A DNA stretch of 49,161 bases from a virus (lineage: Duplodnaviria > Caudoviricetes), in the IMG/VR virus record IMGVR_UViG_3300032103_000318, positions 1 to 49,161 of that record; one strand, written 5' to 3'. A program made the translations under genes and the position numbers. The notes under the pieces are model-generated. The model had not been told where the DNA came from, ran no database searches, and worked only from the letters and a program-made list of their open reading frames with translations. Below, in pieces: positions 16,538 to 26,675 of the stretch (position 1 is its first letter; each line of letters starts with the position of its first letter).

Positions 16538-17524
16538 ATGATCGAAGTATTGTTTGACTCCAGTTCAAAGATCGTTTCCCATTACAAGGGGAGAGCGATA
16601 GACGAAAACTTTAGCCCAAGCTTGGCGACGATTAAATTCATTGCCCCTGTAGAGTATGCTGCTCTTGTGTTAATGCAACGAACCTTTCCTGAGTTTGCTG
16701 AGGTAGGTGAAGATTTTACCCCTGCCTTAGTAGTTCAACAGGGAGGTGCCTTTAAGGCGCTTTATGGGCCAACCATCCGCCAGCAAGATGGCCAACTTTA
16801 CATCTGCGCGGGGTTAATCAATAGCCCTCTGTCTATCCAACCTGATGGCAAGACCTTTATGGTAGGGTCAGCCGAGGTGGACATAGACACCATCAAAGTG
16901 AACGGTTATGACAACCTAGTCATGTCGTTCACATGGGTAACTAAAGGGGATGACTTAACGCTATATGTTCCGCTAGGGATGAAACCCCTAGAGGAGGGCG
17001 AAAAGGAACCAACCACCAAAGCCGTAAAGTCTCTTCTTAAAACGCCTGAGAAATTGGCGGAGCTTTTGATGCCGCCACCTAAAGCTCAAAACCCCACGAT
17101 CTACCTTAAGTATCTCCCGGAAGGCACTTATCAAGTCATCGGGTTTAATGATTTCATGACCCAAAAAGGTGAATACGGTGCCAAGTTAACGATACTAGGC
17201 GCTCTAGACAACAATGGTCTTCCTACTCAGGCATACCGGAACCCGACAAAGGAGCAGGAAAAGGATCTGCTCAACCCTGAGGTAGAGATGATCCCTCTGA
17301 CCCGCGTAGATGCATGGGCTCATAGGAACGATTTGGATCTTTTACGGCAAAAACCCGTAATTTCACCTGAGTTTCCCGCTCAGCTAGTAATAAACAGAGT
17401 ACAGAAAAGCCGTAACGGAAACGGCTACTCTGTCAATTGCGGGCTCATTCTCCACCCTGACTGCACGTACCAAAATCTACCTCAGGAAGAGGTAGATCTC
17501 TCTATTTTAGATGATCTGCTATAG
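16538..17524 (+). CDS. Hypothetical protein, possible ssDNA-binding protein
   Basis: Beta-rich with acidic tail EEVDLSILDDLL, strong RBS and downstream terminator. The SSB call is inference. Confidence 0.5.
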   Translation: MIEVLFDSSSKIVSHYKGRAIDENFSPSLATIKFIAPVEYAALVLMQRTFPEFAEVGEDFTPALVVQQGGAFKALYGPTIRQQDGQLYICAGLINSPLSIQPDGKTFMVGSAEVDIDTIKVNGYDNLVMSFTWVTKGDDLTLYVPLGMKPLEEGEKEPTTKAVKSLLKTPEKLAELLMPPPKAQNPTIYLKYLPEGTYQVIGFNDFMTQKGEYGAKLTILGALDNNGLPTQAYRNPTKEQEKDLLNPEVEMIPLTRVDAWAHRNDLDLLRQKPVISPEFPAQLVINRVQKSRNGNGYSVNCGLILHPDCTYQNLPQEEVDLSILDDLL

Positions 17525-17545
17525 TCTAGTCCATGGGTAAACGAC

Positions 17546-17585
17546 AGGGGATTACTTGGATGACGGGTAATCTCCTTTATTTTTT
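17546..17585 (+). terminator. Intrinsic terminator
   Basis: AGGGGATTAC pairs with GTAATCTCCT, followed by a T-rich tract. Confidence 0.6.
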
Positions 17586-17596
17586 CAGGAGAGCTA

Positions 17597-19420
17597 ATGA
17601 AAGACCCCAAAACCAGGGAAGAGAAATATCAGCCCCTAGAAAAGGAGGAACAGGATTACGAAAATCTGATGCATCTTTACCTAGATGGTAAAGAGCTTTT
17701 TAAGCAGTGCGGGTACCTGGTAGAGCCTTCCACATCGGGGCTATATGGTTTTCACAAGATCTACCGGATAACCATCGCGTCTATCTTAGAAACAGAAATC
17801 AATTACCCAGACGAGTTTAAGGTATGGCGGGAGATCGCCACCGCTCAAGAAAGGTCAGACCTCAATGACATCATGATTGGGTGGATTAATCGGGGAGAAT
17901 ACTGGGCCAAGGTTTACGGATTTTGGCGACCCATCGTCAAACCCAACAAAAATAAAAACAGCCCTTTGTACGTCCTAACTGAACAGTTGCTTAAGGAAGC
18001 TGAGGTTAATTCTAAGCGTACATCCGGGTCACCAGAAGCGTCCCTAGCCACCCCACAGCCCGTTGTCAGCATGTCCACCAAAAAGCAAGTAGAACTAGCC
18101 CCGGTTAAGTGGATACCCCTGGCAGAATGGTTCCCAGAGGCCGTACAGCAGGTTTCTATCTACGATGTGTTCACCATATTCCCGAAAGCTGAGGCAGATC
18201 TTCTAGCCTTAATGGTGGGACGTGCTTGCGTGGGTCGATCTAACCTGGTTCCACCCGGCTACTCAGAGCCAATCATCCATTCTAGTCGGATGGCCGCCTT
18301 TATCCTAGGGGAAGATCCTGGCCTGGGTAAAACCACGCTGATGAAAGCTCTGTTTTCTGCTTTAGAGACGGTGGGTTACCGAGTGGAGACGTTTGAGAGT
18401 ATGGCGTCTAAGTTCAACCTTGGCCCAATCATCTCAGCAGACGTGGTTTACAAGGATGACATCACTGACGATGAATTTAAGGGCCTCACCAAAACAGGAT
18501 CGGTAAAATCCCTCATATCCTCAGCCGATTTCATGAAAGTTCAGGACAAGGGCGTGGATGCCTATTCCATTTTTCCCTCCGCTGCCCTATTCATCAATAC
18601 CAACTCCTATAACCCCAGGGTCGTCTATAATGTAGATCCGGGGACAGCCGACCGAATCAAGCTAATTTCGACGGTGCGAGAGGCAGAACTTCTAGACCTG
18701 GATGTGTCGCCTCTAAGCCAAGGATCACCCGATTACCGCCCTTTTATCCACCTAGATTACCTGGCTGAGAAGATAGGGGTCAGCAAGCACACGATAATGC
18801 TGTGGGTAGCTCGGCAATGCACCGACCGTTTTCTTAGTCTATTATCCAATAAAACCGATCTGGAGCAGGAAGTCGATAGAATTACCCTAAATCTAAGAGA
18901 ACCCATGAGTAAAGATTCAACGTCCCAATTTTTGACAGCGGTAGTCATTTTGGGCTCTTTATCTAACAACAAAATCTCGGTAAGGTATCGGGCTAACGGG
19001 TTCAAACCCATCTCGGTGGATAAGTTTCAATGGGCGACTCTTTTCTACGATTTTCTTTTGGTTGCTAAGGCCATTAGAAAAGATCCTGAATTGTTGGATA
19101 AGCTGAGGCGGGATTTTGAGGAATCCCACAATGATTTCCTGCATCCCTATATTGGGCTATCGTTGATGGATTTAGCTTCCCTCAATATTTGGGTTATGGA
19201 GAAATCCCCAGAGTTTGCCAGTTTAGCCCAGAGTGACCCATTGGACTATCTAACCAAAGCCCTAGCTCACATTCGGATGAGGAATGGTCTGGAGTTCAGC
19301 AAAGACATTGTTTGGGTGAACAAGGCATACAAACGAGTTGAATACTACCTGCCCCAAGTATTCAAGGATTTCAAGTATAATGAGTTATTGGGGTCAGAAG
19401 AAAACTGGATCCCGAATTGA
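17597..19420 (+). CDS. SF3/D5-like P-loop helicase
   Basis: Walker A GEDPGLGKTT, Walker B VYKDD, sensor FINTN; no clear primase domain. Confidence 0.7.
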   Translation: MKDPKTREEKYQPLEKEEQDYENLMHLYLDGKELFKQCGYLVEPSTSGLYGFHKIYRITIASILETEINYPDEFKVWREIATAQERSDLNDIMIGWINRGEYWAKVYGFWRPIVKPNKNKNSPLYVLTEQLLKEAEVNSKRTSGSPEASLATPQPVVSMSTKKQVELAPVKWIPLAEWFPEAVQQVSIYDVFTIFPKAEADLLALMVGRACVGRSNLVPPGYSEPIIHSSRMAAFILGEDPGLGKTTLMKALFSALETVGYRVETFESMASKFNLGPIISADVVYKDDITDDEFKGLTKTGSVKSLISSADFMKVQDKGVDAYSIFPSAALFINTNSYNPRVVYNVDPGTADRIKLISTVREAELLDLDVSPLSQGSPDYRPFIHLDYLAEKIGVSKHTIMLWVARQCTDRFLSLLSNKTDLEQEVDRITLNLREPMSKDSTSQFLTAVVILGSLSNNKISVRYRANGFKPISVDKFQWATLFYDFLLVAKAIRKDPELLDKLRRDFEESHNDFLHPYIGLSLMDLASLNIWVMEKSPEFASLAQSDPLDYLTKALAHIRMRNGLEFSKDIVWVNKAYKRVEYYLPQVFKDFKYNELLGSEENWIPN

Positions 19421-20937
19421 AAAATAAGGAGAGACACAAAATGGCGATGAATCAGTACCAAAAAGAGGCCGCGGAATTCTACCTAAGCTCTAAGAAGTCT
19501 ATCTTGGTGAGGGCTAGGGGGGGATCAGGAAAAACAAGTTGGTTACTGGCCCTATCTAAGCCACCGAAGTCGAAGTCGGCCATCTACGTTAGTTTCACGA
19601 ATGCGGCCAAGGATGAAATACTGAGACGGGATCCGGGCTTACAGGGCCAAGTTAAAACCATCTACCAACTGGGGATGGCAGCGTGTCGAAAACTTCTAGG
19701 AGATGTCCGTGTAGAGTCTTGGAAATACCAAACCATCTTGAGAGATCTGCTCAAGACAGATGAGTATACATCTTTGGAAATCCGGCACAAGATCACGCCG
19801 GGTTTCTATGCAACCCAAACCAATCAACGGGAGCTAGATCAAAGGATTTCCCTGTGCCTAGTCAATTTGCTTTGGGATATTGACTCCATATCCACTTATC
19901 TAGAACATGAGTATTTTGCTAACCCTGTGGTAGAGGCTTGGCTAATTTCACGAGCTATCCTAATCGGCCACCGACAAGCTGTAGAGGAGGGCGTGATTAG
20001 CTTTTCTGACATGATCTCGTTCCCATTCAGTCCTGCTGCTAGACCCTTAAAAACCCCAGGCGTATCGCTGTTTACTCGCTGGCCCATCGTGTTTCTTGAC
20101 GAGGCCCAAGACTGTTCAGAAGCCCAGCTAAGGATTGTCCAAGAAACCGTAGGGAAAGGTCAACTCGTTTCTATCGGAGATAATTTCCAATGCATTTACC
20201 AGTTTGCCGGTGCCGCTGAGGACTCCCTCGAACGAATCCGGGTAATGTTTGGGTGCAAAGAATTCACCTTTCCGATTTGCTATCGATGTGGGGACACCAT
20301 ACTTAAGGAAGTCCACCATATTGTCCCGGATATCCAGGGCACAGGCAAACCCTCTACAGTCGGCTGGCTCAACGACAAAGCCGAGCTTTATGACTTCCTA
20401 GAGAACACCAAAAAAGATACCTTAGTATTGGCGAGGGTGAACCGTTTACTCTTTACCCTGGCTCTAGACCTAATGGACAGAAACATCCCATTTTGCTTTG
20501 CCCAAGCCAATCTGGGGGAAACCATTAAGGGTAAGGTCAAAACCCTTCAGAGCAAGGTTAGCAAATTTTCAGAGCTATCTGAGACGCTAAACCAAGAGCT
20601 AAAGACCGCTGAGGAATATCGCAACTATAAGGCCGCAGAAACTTTGGAGTGTATTCAGGTCATTCTGAAAAAAGATAAGCCTCAAAATTACCCAGAGCTT
20701 TATGCTAGTATTCGGGGGATCCTTTATAGCCCTTCCGCGGATATTCGGCTTAGCTCTGTCCATGCCTCTAAGGGCGCTGAGGCAGATAATGTGGTGATTT
20801 TCGGGGACGATTACTTCCCCCACCCACGCGCTCACACTGAAGCCCAATTAAGAGCGGAGAAAAATTTGGAATATGTTGCCAAGACCAGGGCAAAAACTGT
20901 TCTGAAGTACATGGATTTTACAGACTATGAAAGTTAG
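19417..20937 (+). CDS. UvrD/Rep superfamily 1 helicase
   Basis: GGSGKT, SFTN, FLDEAQD, GDNFQCIYQFAGA, CYRC, SVHASKGAEAD, YVAKTRAK. Confidence 0.93.
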   Translation: MKNKERHKMAMNQYQKEAAEFYLSSKKSILVRARGGSGKTSWLLALSKPPKSKSAIYVSFTNAAKDEILRRDPGLQGQVKTIYQLGMAACRKLLGDVRVESWKYQTILRDLLKTDEYTSLEIRHKITPGFYATQTNQRELDQRISLCLVNLLWDIDSISTYLEHEYFANPVVEAWLISRAILIGHRQAVEEGVISFSDMISFPFSPAARPLKTPGVSLFTRWPIVFLDEAQDCSEAQLRIVQETVGKGQLVSIGDNFQCIYQFAGAAEDSLERIRVMFGCKEFTFPICYRCGDTILKEVHHIVPDIQGTGKPSTVGWLNDKAELYDFLENTKKDTLVLARVNRLLFTLALDLMDRNIPFCFAQANLGETIKGKVKTLQSKVSKFSELSETLNQELKTAEEYRNYKAAETLECIQVILKKDKPQNYPELYASIRGILYSPSADIRLSSVHASKGAEADNVVIFGDDYFPHPRAHTEAQLRAEKNLEYVAKTRAKTVLKYMDFTDYES

Positions 20938-23578
20938 ATCCCAGATTGCTGAACTTGGTTACCGCTTTTTGCCAGACGACTACAACGCTCTATTATTTGG
21001 CACAGAAGGGCCAGCAGTATCTCGGTTAGTTAAGGGCCAAGTTCAGAACCTTTTTGACCGATTTGGCTTGACTCTAGAGCCCCAAGAAAACAAAGAACTG
21101 GATTTCCCAGACCTTCGGATCTTGGGGGGAAAGCAACCTGTTGACTACCTGGCAGACGTACTAGAGCCCGTACAGGCCATTAAGGACGGACTGTTAGCGT
21201 TCGGTAAATTCCAGCAACCTAAGCCACCCTCCATCAGAAACGTTAGGACTAATCTGAACCCCGGTTGGACTCGCTTCTCTCACGATGGCTCTATCCAGAT
21301 CTCTGACGGAATCCTAGAGGAGATGGCCATTTTTGACGTAGAAACCTACGTTAAATTCCGAAACTATCCGGTAATGGCCTCTGCACTCACAAAGGAAGCG
21401 TACTATCTTTGGCTTCATCCTGCCCTGCTATCCACCCAGACATTTGAACCGCTCCTGATTGACCTAGGATCTAAGCTTAGAACCGTGGTGAATTTCAACA
21501 CTCTGTTTGATGCCAACAAAACCCAGCAAGCCTATGCCTTCTTTGATCGACAGGTCAACTGGATTGACTTGATGTCTATGCACATTGTGTGTAATGGAGC
21601 TTCTAGGGAACAAAAGGCGGTACTGGCTAAGCCCCAGCTAACCTTTGGGACAATGTGGAAGCAGCACACTACTCTAGAAAATTCCTTAGTGAATGCCTAC
21701 AACCTGCACTGTTCCCATATGGAGCCCTTAGGTCAAGAGGATAAGCAACTCAGAAATCTTTTTAAGGTCGGCAACCTAGAGACTTTTCGGGCCAACCTGC
21801 TGGACTTAATCAGGTACTGCTTACTGGATAGCTTCTACACGAAAAGCCTGATGGAAGAGCTATTACCCAAATATTTTTTGCATAACCCTCATTTGGTGAC
21901 GTTGAGTGGGCACATCCACCTGGCTAACACTCTATTGCCCGTGGTGGATAATTGGGATACCTGGGTGAATCAGGTAGAAGGCACGTATAGGCGGTTAATC
22001 CTAGGACTCAATCAGAATCTAACCCAACTGGCCCATGAACTGGCTAAGGAGGGTGACACCGATTTTTGGAGCGCACAACTGGATTGGACTCCGGCTAAAT
22101 CAGGAAAATCCAAAGGGCTTCCCGCATGGTACCGGAAACATGTAATCAATAAGAAAAAGGATAACCCTATCTCTACTCAAACGGCGATCGCTCCACTGCT
22201 ACTCAAGATGACGTGGGCGGGGAACCCAATGTTCTATCACCCTAAGCTCAAATGGTGCTACACCTTGCCAGAAGAAACGGAGGGCTGTATCCGGTATGCT
22301 TGGAAAAACCAAGACCTGTATCTGAAGAAGATTCCTCACGCCAAAGGAGAGAACTTTAACTGTGGCTCACCCCTAGGCAAAGACTACATCAGTTTTTCAG
22401 CAACTGAGATTATGTCCTCCCCTAATCCGAGGACGCTGGAATTCATGAAACAGGCTAAGTCGCTGGCTTACTGGAAAAGCATGAATAAACGGGTTAAAGA
22501 GTTTTATACCGTTAAGTCAGACATTGGTTGTCAATCCATCAAGCCCTATCTGTTGCCCCACGGAACAATCACTCGGAGGGCGGTAGAGTCTACCTGGCTA
22601 ACCTGCTCAGACATTAAGCCAGATGTGGTGGGCTCTGAGTTAAAAAGCCGGATTCAAGCTCCCCCCGGATATAAGTTGGTGGGGGCTGACTTCGATGCCC
22701 AAGAGCTTAACTATGGTGCAGCACTATCTGATTCCTTTTTCGGGTTGCATGGCTCTACTCCGATGGGCCTAACTCAGATGTTGGGGGATAAAGACAAGAA
22801 GACGGACGGTCACTCTTTACTGGCTAAGGACGTGGGAACGGATCGGCAGCTAGCCAAAACTCTCAATTTTCTGATGCTGTTCTTCGGGGGAATGGCGGGG
22901 CTATTTGAGGCCATCAAAGCCAATCGCCTTGACCTACCCGATGAAGAGGCTAAAACCATTGCTCGAAAAGCCCTCAGTTTAAGGCGAGGTGTCAAGGATC
23001 GACAGACCGGGCTGTACAAGGGCGGGACAGATTCCCAAGCCTATAACTACATGATGAAAAACGCCGAAACCTTGCATAATAGAACGGCATTTAGCAAATC
23101 GGCCATTTCCCGGTGCCTTTGGAAAGATGTGGTAGGTAAGGAGTTCATGCCCAGCCGCTGCAACCGAGTAATCCAATCAGGCGGTGTAGACATCCTACAT
23201 ATCTTTGTTACCCTCCTAAACCACTTCATTCAGCGCTATGGGATTCAGGGGTGCTTCATCATCTCCATCCATGATGAGGTCTGGAGCATGGTCATAGAAT
23301 CCCAAGTGGATTTGATGGCTCAGATCTTCCAGCTTTGTCACCTACTCACCTGGGCCTTAGTCTACCAATCCCTGGGTTTTGAGTCGATTCCATTCGACCG
23401 TTGTTTCTTTTCTTCCATCAATGTAGACTACTGCATCAGAAAGGAAGTCGATAACCCAACTCAGTGGATTGATGGTGAACCTCACTATTTGGGCCTGAAA
23501 ACACCCAGTAATCCAGATGATTCTACGCCGGTTGGATACCTCATTAAACCTAAGGACATTGTGTTTACCCTGTCTTAG
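20927..23578 (+). CDS. Family A DNA polymerase of the mitochondrial Pol gamma type, with 3'-5' exonuclease
   Basis: FDVE, DLMSMH, YCLLD, KIPHAKGENFNCGSPLGKD, GTITRRAVESTWLT, GSELKSRIQAPPGYKLVGADFDAQEL, ISIHDEV, FFSSINVDYCIRKEV. Confidence 0.93.
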   Translation: MKVRSQIAELGYRFLPDDYNALLFGTEGPAVSRLVKGQVQNLFDRFGLTLEPQENKELDFPDLRILGGKQPVDYLADVLEPVQAIKDGLLAFGKFQQPKPPSIRNVRTNLNPGWTRFSHDGSIQISDGILEEMAIFDVETYVKFRNYPVMASALTKEAYYLWLHPALLSTQTFEPLLIDLGSKLRTVVNFNTLFDANKTQQAYAFFDRQVNWIDLMSMHIVCNGASREQKAVLAKPQLTFGTMWKQHTTLENSLVNAYNLHCSHMEPLGQEDKQLRNLFKVGNLETFRANLLDLIRYCLLDSFYTKSLMEELLPKYFLHNPHLVTLSGHIHLANTLLPVVDNWDTWVNQVEGTYRRLILGLNQNLTQLAHELAKEGDTDFWSAQLDWTPAKSGKSKGLPAWYRKHVINKKKDNPISTQTAIAPLLLKMTWAGNPMFYHPKLKWCYTLPEETEGCIRYAWKNQDLYLKKIPHAKGENFNCGSPLGKDYISFSATEIMSSPNPRTLEFMKQAKSLAYWKSMNKRVKEFYTVKSDIGCQSIKPYLLPHGTITRRAVESTWLTCSDIKPDVVGSELKSRIQAPPGYKLVGADFDAQELNYGAALSDSFFGLHGSTPMGLTQMLGDKDKKTDGHSLLAKDVGTDRQLAKTLNFLMLFFGGMAGLFEAIKANRLDLPDEEAKTIARKALSLRRGVKDRQTGLYKGGTDSQAYNYMMKNAETLHNRTAFSKSAISRCLWKDVVGKEFMPSRCNRVIQSGGVDILHIFVTLLNHFIQRYGIQGCFIISIHDEVWSMVIESQVDLMAQIFQLCHLLTWALVYQSLGFESIPFDRCFFSSINVDYCIRKEVDNPTQWIDGEPHYLGLKTPSNPDDSTPVGYLIKPKDIVFTLS

Positions 23579-23586
23579 GGTGGGCG

Positions 23587-23596
23587 ATACCTAGGC
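23587..23596 (+). promoter_or_regulatory. Putative late promoter motif ATACCTAGGC
   Basis: Intergenic, starts 29 nt before the portal ATG. Confidence 0.65.
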
Positions 23597-23615
23597 AAAT
23601 TCCTGTGGTAAAGGT

Positions 23616-24887
23616 ATGAATGACCTAACTACCACTATTGAAGCGCTGTACGGGCTACGGGAATCCAAAGAAGCGAGTTGCCTCTACGATCCATCCCGCG
23701 GCCAGTATCTCCCTGTCCAGAGCAGCCCTCTGAGGGAGTATGTTCAGGACGTAAACCGGTTTTTGTTTGCGGGCGGGGTATCCCTAGCTAACCATACCCT
23801 CCCTGATTCCCACCCGTCTAATGCTCTAATCGATCAGCTAGTAAAGGTGGGCATCAACCCCTATTTGGATAACTTGTGGGAGCTTTGTGCGATCACGGGG
23901 GAAATACTGGCACTGGTCAGGTTTAACTACAAAAATCTGCCCTCTCTAGAGTATTTTGACCGCCGCGAATTTACTCCCACCTATGACAAAGCCGGAAAAC
24001 TCACAGAAGTCTCGATTTATACCTCAATAACGATCGACGGAATCCGCTATATCTATAAGGTAAAGGCCGATAAATCCCATTATTATGAGTATCCTTTGGT
24101 TAAGGAGCAGTATGCAAAAAACTACCAATGGGATTCAAACGTTACCCTGGTAGAGCATAACTATGGGGAGGTTCCGGCGCAGGTTATCAAACTCAATCCC
24201 TCTATCAATTCAAAGCGGGGTAAACCAGAGTTCAATACGGCTTCAGTGAATCTGGCCGCTTCCATCGTGTTTATGGAGTACGGCCTAGATGAGAATGTGG
24301 AATTCCTGGGTAACCCTCTGATTGATAGCCCGGATCCCCGCGAAACCATCAAAGCTTTGAATCAGAAAAAACAGGTACTTCAAAAGCTGCCTAGTGATGA
24401 GGGGGGTGGGCATGAGATCCTACAACCTGCCCCGCTTACCCAGCATGAGCTTGAGTACCTGAAATATAAAAAAGAAGCCTTTAAGAGACTGCACGGAATC
24501 ACCAACACCCAAGAAACCCGGCTGAACGATGCATCCGGTATCGCTCTCAGGATTATGAACGATGGCCTAATCAGCAAAGCCCAATCTAAGTGGAGTCAGA
24601 TTGTAGAAGCCGGATTAAACCCTCTGCTGGACTTGGTGTGTCGGCTAGGGCAAGCGCAGGGTCTTTACAACCTGGGATCTTTCTTCCCTAAATGTGGCTT
24701 TTATCTGGTGCGTAAAGAACCTTATTTTGCTCAAACGGAAGGCGAAAAAATTCAGAGCTTAGAAGTTACTAATCGCCTGATTGAGATGGGGGTAGACAGG
24801 GCGGAAGCGCTAAAAGAAACGTTCTACACCCACCTTACACTTGAGGAAATTAATGCTAAGCTTAGGGTGAACTTGGAGGATATTTAG
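23616..24887 (+). CDS. Portal protein
   Basis: 423 aa; HNYGEVPA, G.PEF and ASGIALR resemble SPP1 gp6-like portals. Confidence 0.75.
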   Translation: MNDLTTTIEALYGLRESKEASCLYDPSRGQYLPVQSSPLREYVQDVNRFLFAGGVSLANHTLPDSHPSNALIDQLVKVGINPYLDNLWELCAITGEILALVRFNYKNLPSLEYFDRREFTPTYDKAGKLTEVSIYTSITIDGIRYIYKVKADKSHYYEYPLVKEQYAKNYQWDSNVTLVEHNYGEVPAQVIKLNPSINSKRGKPEFNTASVNLAASIVFMEYGLDENVEFLGNPLIDSPDPRETIKALNQKKQVLQKLPSDEGGGHEILQPAPLTQHELEYLKYKKEAFKRLHGITNTQETRLNDASGIALRIMNDGLISKAQSKWSQIVEAGLNPLLDLVCRLGQAQGLYNLGSFFPKCGFYLVRKEPYFAQTEGEKIQSLEVTNRLIEMGVDRAEALKETFYTHLTLEEINAKLRVNLEDI

Positions 24888-25103
24888 ATGGGTTGCCAGG
24901 GATGTAAAAAAGAAATAACGGAGCATACCAACATGTTAGATTTAAGTGAACTGCTGGGCTTATTTGATAACCCCAAAGAGGTGGAAATAACAGCCCACCA
25001 AGTGGTATACTATAGGGGTAAATGGATACTGCGAGTAACCCTCTCCTATCAAGAAGAGGGAGAAACCACTACCCGAACCTTAACTATAGGAGAGTTAAAT
25101 TGA
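24888..25103 (+). CDS. Hypothetical protein
   Basis: ATG immediately after the portal stop. Confidence 0.6.
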   Translation: MGCQGCKKEITEHTNMLDLSELLGLFDNPKEVEITAHQVVYYRGKWILRVTLSYQEEGETTTRTLTIGELN

Positions 25104-25543
25104 TGACTGAAGAAAAAGAGCCAATCGGTTCTAACCCCACGCAAGACTTTCTGGCCCTATTAAAGGAAAGCCTTCAGCCGATGATTCAGGAAGCAGTGCA
25201 AAAATCTGCTGCCCCTGCTGCCCCTGCTCCTAATGGGGAATACTCCGAGCTTCTACGGGATATGGTTCTACAGAGCTATGGAGTGCCAGAGGAGATCAAA
25301 GGGTTAATTCCCGCAGACCCGGTAAGAGCTAGGGAATTTTTGGGGTCAGAGGCTTACCAAACCCTGAAACAGAAGCTGGAATATGTGCCGATCGCTGCCC
25401 CTGAGGAAACCCCCGTAGAGCCAGCAAGCACTGGGGATAAGGAAGCACCTGGCCCTGCTAAGCCCACTAAATTTTCAGATATTCAGGATATGCACGCCTT
25501 CTTGAGTGACCTTCTGAAAGGAGTGGATAGCGGAGATGCCTAG
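25103..25543 (+). CDS. Hypothetical acidic Pro/Ala-rich protein, possible scaffold
   Basis: ATG 25103 with RBS AGGAG; function inferred from composition and position. Confidence 0.5.
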   Translation: MTEEKEPIGSNPTQDFLALLKESLQPMIQEAVQKSAAPAAPAPNGEYSELLRDMVLQSYGVPEEIKGLIPADPVRAREFLGSEAYQTLKQKLEYVPIAAPEETPVEPASTGDKEAPGPAKPTKFSDIQDMHAFLSDLLKGVDSGDA

Positions 25544-25793
25544 AAAACCATCGGCAGAGACAGAACCAAGCCAAGAAGCCGATTCAGTTTTTGTCTGCAT
25601 CGACTTAAATTTGACGGGTCTGCCTAAGTTTCCATCCACGGCGGAGGGCGCTAGCAAGTCTTACTCAGAGTACCTGAATCGCCAACATAATGAGGGTTTA
25701 GATCTGGTTGCCGTCATTCCTTATGCTTTGGGGGTAGAACTGAACCGTAAGATGCTGGTGTTCAGGAAAGTTAGCCATGAGACGAGTAGCTAG
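25536..25793 (+). CDS. Hypothetical protein
   Basis: Overlapping coupled ORF. Confidence 0.65.
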   Translation: MPRKPSAETEPSQEADSVFVCIDLNLTGLPKFPSTAEGASKSYSEYLNRQHNEGLDLVAVIPYALGVELNRKMLVFRKVSHETSS

Positions 25794-25873
25794 CCTAGTT
25801 CTGTTAATTTCGATTCCCCTGGCGTTTTTCTGGCTAGGGGCTAACCTTTCGCCCTTAAAGGAGGGAAATCGCC

Positions 25874-26209
25874 ATGTTATCATTTCTCAAACTGGCGCGG
25901 GCTCTAACTGAAGCAGAGACTCGCCAAATCAACGCCAAGCTAGAGGAAATGGGCTTACCGGCTTATTACACGGGTAGTTCATTCCAGCCCTTTAATCCTC
26001 TGTATCGCCTAGACACTCCCCCGCGATTCACCGTGGGATTTAGAGGAATCCGGCTCAATCAGTTCTACTTACGGGTCATCGTAAACCCGGATAATCCTGC
26101 TTATCCTAAGATCTGCGAGGTGTTAAACCAGCAGCAGGTTGGGTATCCAACTGGTGGCCTATTTAGCTGCTCCGAGCCAATTAATCAACAAATCACTCTA
26201 CAGTTCTGA
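25874..26209 (+). CDS. Hypothetical protein
   Basis: RBS AAGGAGG. Confidence 0.7.
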   Translation: MLSFLKLARALTEAETRQINAKLEEMGLPAYYTGSSFQPFNPLYRLDTPPRFTVGFRGIRLNQFYLRVIVNPDNPAYPKICEVLNQQQVGYPTGGLFSCSEPINQQITLQF

Positions 26210-26216
26210 GGACGCC

Positions 26217-26486
26217 ATGTTTCTAATTTTGTATTTCCTGGGCTTTATAGGGGCATTTACCCAGCTAAACTTTTTGCTATCCGAAGAGCCCGATGATTAC
26301 ACAGTGATGGTAAATCTGTGTCTGGCAGCAGCTTGGCCCTTGTTCTCGATCGGGGTTTTATGGGTTTACCGTCAGGAAGTCGCCGGAACCCTATCCAAAT
26401 TCCTAGGACTAATGGCTGACCTAGATCTGCTACCGGAACCCCTAGAGGATTTCCTAGGGTTTATCGATACCAACCGAGAGGGATAA
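26217..26486 (+). CDS. Small membrane protein with two hydrophobic segments
   Basis: ATG 26217 with GAGG; MFLILYFLGFIGAF and LCLAAAWPLFSIGVLW. Confidence 0.65.
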   Translation: MFLILYFLGFIGAFTQLNFLLSEEPDDYTVMVNLCLAAAWPLFSIGVLWVYRQEVAGTLSKFLGLMADLDLLPEPLEDFLGFIDTNREG

Positions 26487-26528
26487 ACTCTCAATCTTGG
26501 TCTATCCCTCAATCTTGGTCTACAACTG

Positions 26529-26556
26529 GCCCTGTCTAGAAATAGGCGGGGTTTTT
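26529..26556 (+). terminator. Intrinsic terminator
   Basis: CCCTGTCTA-GAAA-TAGGCGGG followed by GTTTTT. Confidence 0.7.
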
Positions 26557-26628
26557 CATATAGCCCTTGTGTTACCCGGTAAGACCCCTGTTTATCCCCC
26601 CCCTGAGTTCAAAGGGTAACTTGGATTA

Positions 26629-26638
26629 TTACCTAGCC
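26629..26638 (+). promoter_or_regulatory. Putative late promoter motif TTACCTAGCC
   Basis: Intergenic, after a terminator and before the tail tube gene. Confidence 0.7.
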
Positions 26639-26675
26639 TAAGAAGAGAGTCATAGGAAATATCCAAGGTAAAACT

